Of a stretch of DNA of 32,000 nt, positions 15,668-22,709 are shown in pieces; position 1 is the stretch's first letter, and each line of letters starts with the position of its first letter. The stretch covers positions 1 through 32,000 of the forward strand of contig NC_009806.1 of NCBI RefSeq assembly GCF_000017305.1. Direction: 5' to 3'. The stretch comes from Kineococcus radiotolerans SRS30216 = ATCC BAA-149. Its GTDB lineage: Bacteria > Actinomycetota > Actinomycetes > Actinomycetales > Kineococcaceae. The notes under the pieces were generated by a model, which searched no databases, was not told the origin of the DNA, and saw only the letters and a list, made by a program, of their open reading frames with translations. Both the position numbers and the translations under genes were made by a program.

Positions 15668-16375
15668 GCGCCGGTCGTCGCCACCCTCACGGCTGTGATC
15701 ATCGGAGCCGCGGTCGTCACCACGCCCCTCCTCACGCCCCTCCTCGCGCCCTCCGTCGCCACCTCGACCCCGGTGCTGGTGACTGTCGTCCGCTGCGGTG
15801 CTGGGCACAGCCGTCTCTGCCGGTGCAGCGGTCGTGGTGGGTGCTGCGGTCGAGGACGTGCTCGCACGGCGATCATCGCCGGCACCGTCGTCACCCCCGC
15901 GACCGCTGCGGCTGTCCTGGTCGCGGCGGCGGCCGTGGTCGTCGCCGGGCTCAACACCGCGCTGGGTGGGTGCGGCCGACACCGTGGGGGCGGCGGTCGG
16001 GATGCTGGTCGGGGAGGTGCTGGTCCCTCGCGCGGAGTGGCCGCGGCTGGAGTCGTCGCGATCACGTGTCCGCCCGTCACGGTCACCGCCGTGGTCGTCG
16101 CCTGGCTCAGGGGTACGCGAGGAGGTGAACGAGGAGGTGCTCGTCGAGCTGGTCGCCGAAGCGGCTGCGGGGCCGGTCGCGGGGGTGGTCGATCGGGGGT
16201 TGTCCTCCAGCGAGGACGAGCTCGTCGCGGTGGAGCTCGAGGTGGCGGTCGCGCTCACCCCGGCGGGGACCCGGACCGGCACGCTGTGGCTGAGGGCGGG
16301 GTTGCTGGTCAGGCCGATGACGGCTGGTACCAGGGCAGCACCGGCGGCGGTGGCCACGATCGCGAAACGTCGCAT
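15665..16375 (-). CDS. secreted low-complexity protein with S/T/A/P linkers and repeated EPGDDHG / D-H-R-rich modules
   Basis: Start taken at internal ATG 16375 (MRRFAIVATAAGAALVPAVIGL = signal peptide); track ORF starts at 16405. Modules EPGDDHGGDRDGRTRDRDD, EPGDDHGRRRDQDSRSGRGGDD and DDSHQHRGRGGDGGREEGREEGRGDDRGSDDH. Same strand as, and directly upstream of, the two-component genes. Confidence 0.55.
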   Translation of the reverse strand: MRRFAIVATAAGAALVPAVIGLTSNPALSHSVPVRVPAGVSATATSSSTATSSSSLEDNPRSTTPATGPAAASATSSTSTSSFTSSRTPEPGDDHGGDRDGRTRDRDDSSRGHSARGTSTSPTSIPTAAPTVSAAPTQRGVEPGDDHGRRRDQDSRSGRGGDDGAGDDRRASTSSTAAPTTTAAPAETAVPSTAADDSHQHRGRGGDGGREEGREEGRGDDRGSDDHSREGGDDRR

Positions 16376-16879
16376 GAGGAGATCCCTTCGTTGGTGGACC
16401 TCCATTGCCCTTCATGTCGGGTAGTACCGGCAATCAACTCTTCGAGCTACTACCTGCACCTGTCCCTCAAGCACCGAAACCTGGACTTCGGCTGGTCGAA
16501 GTCCTGCATGCGGACGCCGACGACCGATTTGCCGGAACATGGGACAAGAATGTCACACCGGCCGTGTGGCAACTCGGTGTCTCGCAACGCATCGCGGCAT
16601 TTGAAGCTCGCTGGGTCCTTGTGTCATGGTTGATCTCGCGACGGGAGTGGTTCCCGAAGCGCCCGGGCGCACCACGGCGCTGGGGTGCCTCGACGTGCTG
16701 GTGGGCCGCTACCCGGTGCAGCACCTGAGCTGGCGACTCAGGGTCATGACACCTTCGGCATGACGTCCGCACCCCTGAGCCACTGAGCCCTGCATCCCGC
16801 GCAGTAGCGCGGTGCCCATACCGCAGTGACCCTCACGGGCCTTCGGTGCTCATCCAGACGGAAGGCTCCTGTCCCTGCC

Positions 16880-17446
16880 ATGTCCTTAGTGACCTTGCTG
16901 ATCATCGCTGTCGGTGTGTCCGCCGACGCTTTCGCCGTCGCGGTCGCCAAGGGCCTGCACCTGCGCCGGCTCACCGTGCGCGATGTCGGTGGTCTCGCTG
17001 CCGGCTTCGGCCTCTTCCAGGCGTTGATGCCGCTGGCGGGGTGGCTGCTGGGTCGCAGCTTCGCCGACTACATTACCGAGATCGACCACTGGATCGCCTT
17101 CGGGCTCCTGCTGCTCATCGGCGCAAAGATGATCCACGAAGCGCTCTCCTCCCACGACGACGACGCGGAGGACTTCGACGGCATCGGCGTGCGGGAGCTG
17201 CTCGTGCTTTCGGTGGCCACCAGCATTGACGCCCTCGCCGTGGGCATCAGCTTCGCCTTCCTGGACGTGTCGATCCTGCCCGCGGTTACTCTCATCGGGG
17301 TCATCACCGCGGTGGTCACCGTAATCGGGGTCGTCATCGGCCGCCGCGCGGGGGGACGCTTCGGGCGTCCGGCCGAGATCGCCGGGGGGGTCATCCTGAT
17401 CCTCATCGGGACCCGCATCCTGCTTCAGCACCTCGGCGTCTTTTGA
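16880..17446 (+). CDS. mntP: manganese efflux pump MntP
   Basis: MSLVTLLIIAVGVSADAFAVAVAKGL... shows the typical MntP N-terminus and duplicated DUF204 halves (second half SIDALAVGISFAF). Start set at ATG 16880 rather than the track's 16826. Confidence 0.85.
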   Translation: MSLVTLLIIAVGVSADAFAVAVAKGLHLRRLTVRDVGGLAAGFGLFQALMPLAGWLLGRSFADYITEIDHWIAFGLLLLIGAKMIHEALSSHDDDAEDFDGIGVRELLVLSVATSIDALAVGISFAFLDVSILPAVTLIGVITAVVTVIGVVIGRRAGGRFGRPAEIAGGVILILIGTRILLQHLGVF

Positions 17447-17488
17447 CCCCGAGGCACACACCGACCAGCGATCACCTGCGGTAAAGCA

Positions 17489-18268
17489 TTGGCACGAGGA
17501 AAAACAAGGGATACGGGCGTGGACGAGCGGGACGAGCAGGACAAGCAGACGTCGGCGATGGACGCCGCGACCCAGGCCGGGTGGAGCCACCGCCACCGAG
17601 ACGTCTCCGGCGGCTGGTTGCGTCCGACGGTCTTCGGCGCGGTGGACGGCCTGGTCACCAATGCCTCTCTCATCGCCGGGGTGGGAGGTGGGGGTGTCTC
17701 CGCCCACACCGTCGTCTTGACCGGTCTGGCCGGCCTCGTCGCCGGTGCCTTTTCGATGGGCACCGGGGAGTACGTCTCGGTGACCAACCAGAACGAGTTG
17801 GTGCACGCCGAAGTCGCCGTGGAGCGGCGGATGCACGAGCGGTTCCCCGAGGCTGAGCAGGCGGAGCTGGAGCAGACCTTCCGCGGCTACGGCGCGGACG
17901 AGGAGACCGCCGCGCGGATGGCCGCCGCGGTCTCCGCTGATCCGGAGCAGGCGTTGCGGGTGCACACCCGCGAGGAGCTCGGCGTGGACTCCCAGGACCT
18001 GCCGTCGCCGGTGCTGGCGGGGGCGGCTTCCCTGGCCGCGTTCTCCGTCGGTGCGGTGCTGCCGCTGCTGCCCTACCTGCTGGGCCACGCCAGCCTGGTG
18101 GCGGCCATGGTCATCACGGCCCTGGCGCTGGTCGGCGGGGGCACGGCCGTGGGTCGTCTGACCGGGAGGCCGCTGGCCTTCTCCGGCCTGCGCCAGCTGG
18201 CGTTGGGGGCGGTGGCGGTCGCGGTGACCTACGGGATCGGTCGTCTGGTGGGCGGCACCGTCGCCTGA
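17489..18268 (+). CDS. VIT1/CCC1-family iron/manganese transporter
   Basis: WLRPTVFGAVDGLVTNASLIAGV...LAGLVAGAFSMGTGEYVSVTNQ is the VIT-family signature. The start is uncertain: TTG 17489, GTG 17519 or ATG 17558. Confidence 0.8.
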   Translation: MARGKTRDTGVDERDEQDKQTSAMDAATQAGWSHRHRDVSGGWLRPTVFGAVDGLVTNASLIAGVGGGGVSAHTVVLTGLAGLVAGAFSMGTGEYVSVTNQNELVHAEVAVERRMHERFPEAEQAELEQTFRGYGADEETAARMAAAVSADPEQALRVHTREELGVDSQDLPSPVLAGAASLAAFSVGAVLPLLPYLLGHASLVAAMVITALALVGGGTAVGRLTGRPLAFSGLRQLALGAVAVAVTYGIGRLVGGTVA

Positions 18269-18774
18269 GGACGGCACACCCAGACTGCCGAAGCCATGCC
18301 AAGACTATGCCGCAGCCTTAAAATGCCAGAGGATATAGAGGCTGCTTCTGTCCCGTTTGGCGTCATAAACAAAAGCTCCTGACCGCACGCTTGTCGACGG
18401 ATGAGTGAACCGTCAGCAACGGCGCGCACAACGCAGGATTACCACACGTTCTGTTCTGCACTGTCCCGGCGCTCGGCTGGCATCCCAGATTTGGTGCAAC
18501 GACAGTGTGCACGCCCGGGAGCGGGGGGCACCGGAGCACTAAGCTGTGGTCATTGCGTCACCATGGCGCCACCTCCACCGCCCAGGCGGAAGGCGTCACG
18601 GCCCGGGTTGGACCCACAGCTCTCGCAGGTTCCGTCACCGCTCATGCCGCGGCGGAAACCATGTGCGGAGCGCGTTGTCCTCGTGCTCCGTCATGAGCGA
18701 TGGGGGGACCACCCGTGTCTCAGGCCCCTGAACCCTCCACCCCCATGCCTTCGGCCCCCGCCCCCCATGTCTGA

Positions 18775-19440
18775 GCCTGCCCCACCGCCGTCGACGACCC
18801 CTTGCACCGCATCGCCGCGGCTTGGCTGCTCAGCTACGGCGGCCACACCTAGACCGCCTACCGCCGTAACCTGCAGGCTGGGCGACGTGGTGTGCACACA
18901 TGAGCATTCACCCCCTCGCCACTGAGCGCTTCCATGTCAACGCCTGGGTCCGCTACCTGACCAGTGAGTCCCAAGCCCGCACCGGTCGACTCGCCGCGGC
19001 CGCCGTGGTGGCCCGCCGACGCTCGGCCCTCTGACGCGTCTACGACGACGGTATCCACAACGCCAAACCGTTGCCCTCCTTCCCCGTGGCCTCCGTGCTC
19101 CGCCCCACGGTCAGCGACAAGAGTCGAGTCGTCGGTCTCACCGCCAACGAGCTGCGCCGACTGCTGGCCATCGCCGCTGGGAACTCCTCCCTCGGCGGCG
19201 CTGGCCGCTCTGTTGACCTTCTGCGAGCTGCGCATCAGGGAGGCCCTCAGCGCCGACGTCCGTGACTACAGCCACGACCACGGCCACGACCACGACCACC
19301 GCGTACTCAAGATCGACCGCAAGGGCGGTAAAGCCGCCCGGGTGCTGCTGCCGCCCACGGTCGTGCGCGCCCTCGACGAATACCTCGGAAAGTGCACTAC
19401 AGGTCTGCTTCTTATGGCGGCCGCAGGTGGCTACTCCCCC
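18775..19440 (+). pseudogene. decayed tyrosine recombinase (phage-integrase family) relic
   Basis: Hand translation across three frames.
- AVDDPLHRIAAAWLLSYGGHT*TAYRRNLQA, then a frameshift.
- WATWCAHMSIHPLATERFHVNAWVRYLTSE...RRRSAL*RVYDDGIHNAKP...RPTVSDKSRVVGLTANELRRLLAIAAG, then a frameshift.
- AALLTFCELRIREALSADVRDY...LKIDRKGGKAARVLLPPTVVRALDEYLG.
There are at least 2 in-frame stops and at least 2 frameshifts. The C-terminal HxxR...Y catalytic half is absent. Confidence 0.65.
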
Positions 19441-19615
19441 AACATTGACGTCGACCAGCAGCTGGACCGGCTTCACCAGACCGCAGTGAATATTTATGGG
19501 GGACACGTGGGCTGAGACCGGGCGGCACCTGATGCGTTGCGGCTTCGGTGCCCCTTCAGCTCACCTACTCGCCATGATGGGTACAGGACACGACACCGCT
19601 GCCGATTACTAGAAG

Positions 19616-21496
19616 GTGACCGCTACGTCCCCGGGCACCGCAACGTCTCGCCGTCGACTGTTGTCCCACCGCGCCGCCGTCCTCGGCCTGCCCCTCGCCC
19701 TGCTCGGCACCGGCGTTGGCGCGAGCGCCCTGGTCAGCGGCGCGCTGGAGCGCTCCGGGATCGAGCAGGCCCGCCAGGCCAGCGAGCAGCTCGCCACCAG
19801 CGAGGCCGCCGCTTTGAGCGACGCCGTGCGCACCTACACCACCGCACTGCAGTCACTAGCCGCCACGGTGGGGAACCAGCCGGCGCTGACCGATGAGCAG
19901 TTCCAGGACCTCACCGCCACGATGACCTCCCTGCCCGGTGTCGCGAACCTCACCTACACCGTCCCGGTGGCCGACGATCCCCAGGCCGTCGCCCGCGCCC
20001 AAGAGCAGCTACGGGCCCAGCTGCACACGCAGCTCACCCTCAAGCCGCAGCCCAGCGAGATCGGGGAGCACCGCTTCGTCATCAGCTACCGCGGGGTCGA
20101 CGCAAGCGGGTCCGCTCTCGGTGCCGACGCGAGCACAACCCCGCAGATCACCGAAGCGGCAACGAGTGCTCGCGAGACGGGGCGGGTCGCCGTGACCTCG
20201 CCCTACGTCCTGCTGGCCGACCGCTCTCTGCCCCAGAACGAGCAGCAGCAGTCCGTCCTCTTCGTAGCCCCCGTCGTCGGTGGACCTGCCCAGGCCGATA
20301 GGGGCGTCTTCCGCGGCTGGGTCTCCGCCGCCTTCCGCACCGGCACCGTCCTGGAGTCCACCGCCGACCGACCCAGCTCGCTGCAGGCGCAGCTGACGCT
20401 GTGGGACACCACCAACGCGATGACCCCGCAGGAGCTGACTCTCGTCGACCCCGGCGCAGCACTCGCGCAGCACTCTGCTCAAGCTGACGTCATCGCCGGC
20501 TCCCGTCGCTGGCGGCTGCAGGTGACGCCCACCGTCCAGGCTCACGCCAATGAGGTCGGCCAAGACCCCACCATCGCTTTCGCCGCCGGAAATGCCGCCT
20601 CGCTCCTGCTGGCCGCCCTGCTCTTCTCGGTGACCGCCGGGCGCGAGCGCGCCCGCCGCCAGGTCGAGCAGGCCACCGTCGACCTCGCCGACGAGATCGC
20701 CTCCCGCCGCCGCGGCGAGGAGGCGCTGCGCACCCGCGAAGCCGAGCTAGGCGCCTACACCACCGTGGTCGCGGACCGGCTGCGGCTTCCGCTGGCCCAC
20801 GTCACCGCTCTGACCGAAGCCGCCCGCCAGAACGAGATGTGGACCCCGACGCAGTGGCAGGAGCGGATGGGGCACGTCAAGGGCCGCCTGGACAGCGCCT
20901 ACCGCCTCGTCGACGACCTGCTGCTCTACGCCCAAGTCAGCGAGCTGGCCCTCACCGAACGCACCATCGACCTCCTCACTCTTGCCCAGACCATCGCCGC
21001 TGAACAGGAGACCGCCGCGGCAGACCGATGCGAGGAGCTACGCCCGCGCATCGAAGTCGGCCCGCTGCCCACGGTCGTCGGGGAGCCGTGGCTGCTGCAG
21101 CAGCTCCTGGCCCGCCTCGTTGACAACGCCGTCGTGCACGCACCCGCCGGCCATCCAGCCCTCATCACACTAGCCGCGGACCTCACCGGATCCCGCTTCC
21201 GCGGGGAAACGTGGCGCATCGAGGTCCGCGACCGCGGACTGGGCGTCCCCACCGATCGCCGGACCAGCATCTTCGAGCCCTTCGCGGGCGAGGACGCCGA
21301 CGTTGAGCTCGGCAGCAACCACCTCAGCCTCGCCATCTGCCGACGCATCGCGCTACGCCTGGGCGGTGACATCGGCGTCGATGAGGACCCCCGCGGCGGC
21401 GGCGTCTTCTGGTTCACCCTGCCGGTGCGCAGCACCGCGGGGGTGCCCGTCGCGCCGCACCCTGTGACGGCAGGCGCAGCACACGCACCCAGCTGA
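19616..21496 (+). CDS. orphan CHASE-like-domain sensor histidine kinase homologue with degenerate H-box and G2 box
   Basis: TM helix, then a ~300-aa extracytoplasmic domain (ETGRVAVTSPYVLL...SVLFVAPV...FRGWVSAAFR, CHASE-like), then TM (AASLLLAALLFSV), a coiled coil and a DHp-like segment VVADRLRLPLAHV. ATPase motifs: N-box LVDNAVVHAP, G1 DRGLGVP, F-box IFEPF. G2 is replaced by SNHLSLAI. Confidence 0.75.
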   Translation: MTATSPGTATSRRRLLSHRAAVLGLPLALLGTGVGASALVSGALERSGIEQARQASEQLATSEAAALSDAVRTYTTALQSLAATVGNQPALTDEQFQDLTATMTSLPGVANLTYTVPVADDPQAVARAQEQLRAQLHTQLTLKPQPSEIGEHRFVISYRGVDASGSALGADASTTPQITEAATSARETGRVAVTSPYVLLADRSLPQNEQQQSVLFVAPVVGGPAQADRGVFRGWVSAAFRTGTVLESTADRPSSLQAQLTLWDTTNAMTPQELTLVDPGAALAQHSAQADVIAGSRRWRLQVTPTVQAHANEVGQDPTIAFAAGNAASLLLAALLFSVTAGRERARRQVEQATVDLADEIASRRRGEEALRTREAELGAYTTVVADRLRLPLAHVTALTEAARQNEMWTPTQWQERMGHVKGRLDSAYRLVDDLLLYAQVSELALTERTIDLLTLAQTIAAEQETAAADRCEELRPRIEVGPLPTVVGEPWLLQQLLARLVDNAVVHAPAGHPALITLAADLTGSRFRGETWRIEVRDRGLGVPTDRRTSIFEPFAGEDADVELGSNHLSLAICRRIALRLGGDIGVDEDPRGGGVFWFTLPVRSTAGVPVAPHPVTAGAAHAPS

Positions 21497-21716
21497 GCGG
21501 CGACCTGAGCGGCGACACGGTCCACGAGACCACCGTCGTCGCCCTGGGTCCCCAAACCCACATCGAGCCGACGGACTGCCGCTGACGCAAGGCGCTGGTG
21601 CGCCGACACCGCCAGCAGGCGCAGGTGCTGCATGAGCCGTCTCACTCAGACAGTGACATCACCATGAGCACCAACTGCTGGTCAGTTCCTTCAGCATGCC
21701 TCAAACTCTTCCAGCT

Positions 21717-22121
21717 TTATTCGGGGAGCTGACTGCACTGGGCACAGACGCCGAAGACCTCGACGACGTGTTGGACCGCGGTGAAACCGTGCTCCGCACC
21801 TACTTGCTTGGCCCAGGTCTCGACAGCGGAGCCTTCGATTTCCACCGTCTTGGCGCAGCGACGACAGACCAGGTGGTGGTGATGGCTGCTGCTGCACCGG
21901 CGGTACATCACCCCACTGCCATCGTCGGTGCGAAGCATGTCGACGTCCCCGTTCTCGACGAGGACCTGCAAGGCGCGGTAGACGGTAGCTCGGCCGATGC
22001 GTTCACCGCGTGAACGCAGCCGGGCGTGCAGGTCTTGCGCCAGGAGGAAGGCGTCGGCCTCCTCTAGAACGGCGAAGACGGCTAGACGCTGCCTGGTGGG
22101 GCGGCGGATCGGGGTGGACAC
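21717..22121 (-). CDS. zur: Fur-family metalloregulator, Zur-like
   Basis: TRQRLAVFAVL...IGRATVYRALQVL...YRRCSSSHHHHLVCRRCAKTVEIE...FGVCAQC. Near-colinear with M. tuberculosis Zur/FurB as recalled, with two CxxC pairs and an HHHH tract. GTG start with aaggaga upstream. Confidence 0.8.
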   Translation of the reverse strand: MSTPIRRPTRQRLAVFAVLEEADAFLLAQDLHARLRSRGERIGRATVYRALQVLVENGDVDMLRTDDGSGVMYRRCSSSHHHHLVCRRCAKTVEIEGSAVETWAKQVGAEHGFTAVQHVVEVFGVCAQCSQLPE

Positions 22122-22709
22122 GACTGACCCATCTCCTTGCCGTCATCCTGCGCATGGTCGTTTTCAGGAGGGTTCATTCCCAGCGGGCCACGCCGCCTTG
22201 ATGGTGGTGCGTCCCAAGTCTTCGCCAGACCCCAAGCGCATCGGCGGTGGAGTAACACGACGGGGCCATTAGATCCTGCGCAATGATGATCTACAACCAG
22301 TGCACAGAGGATGAGCGCTTCTGGGACACCACCAGATCCTGGCTGCCGACCCGATGGCCAACCGATTGGCGTCCGACTGCCGGGGTGAGCTGCCCCGCGA
22401 CCTACGCTCCCCCACTCGGGCGAAGAGCGGCACCGCGATGGTGAGTCCCTGGCGGCCGAGCCGGGGCAACGAGCGTCTAACCGATTCGTCCCATCGCCCT
22501 CTGTCCTCGACTAATGACCCGCAGCAGCACCGCAAGGGCCCATGCGCTGGATCCGGTGCTCGCCCACAGCGAGGCACGCTCGCCGATGCCGCATGGTGTG
22601 TACGCCCTGTCGACCTCGCAGACAGCGTGCTCGCGCGTGCTCGCCGTGTGGGAGTCCTGGCTACCTGTCCATCCACGTGAGGATTTGGTCCGGTGCCGAT
22701 CCCTCGGTG

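Noticed and set aside
16405-16772. ORFs 16405..16728 (+) and 16467..16772 (-) in the mntP upstream region
   Set aside because: They are mutually overlapping, have no SD and have implausible composition. The region is better explained as a divergent promoter/leader.
16700-16879. yybP-ykoY manganese riboswitch upstream of mntP
   Set aside because: One is expected from known mntP biology. Only weak fragments (cagtagc, cccatac, cagtgacc) occur, compressed into ~35 nt. The conserved GGGGAGUAG loop and four-helix spacing are absent. It is not called without a covariance-model hit.
18560-18700. Short minus-strand ORFs (MTEHEDNALRTWFPPRHER* and MSGDGTCESCGSNPGRDAFRLGGGGGAMVTQ*)
   Set aside because: They are 19 and 31 codons, mutually frameshifted, with no SD and no recognisable family. 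They are probably debris of the same decayed element.
18269-18770. tRNA gene or att site expected beside the integrase relic
   Set aside because: No cloverleaf-compatible sequence or GTTCRANYC T-loop motif was found by eye. No direct repeat of this tract was seen elsewhere in the window.
22269-22680. ORFs 22269..22676 (-) and 22354..22680 (+) as genes, or as a SmtB/ArsR partner of zur
   Set aside because: The sequences are R/S/P/C-rich with no HTH or metal-site motifs, and they overlap each other. Neither resembles an ArsR-family protein.
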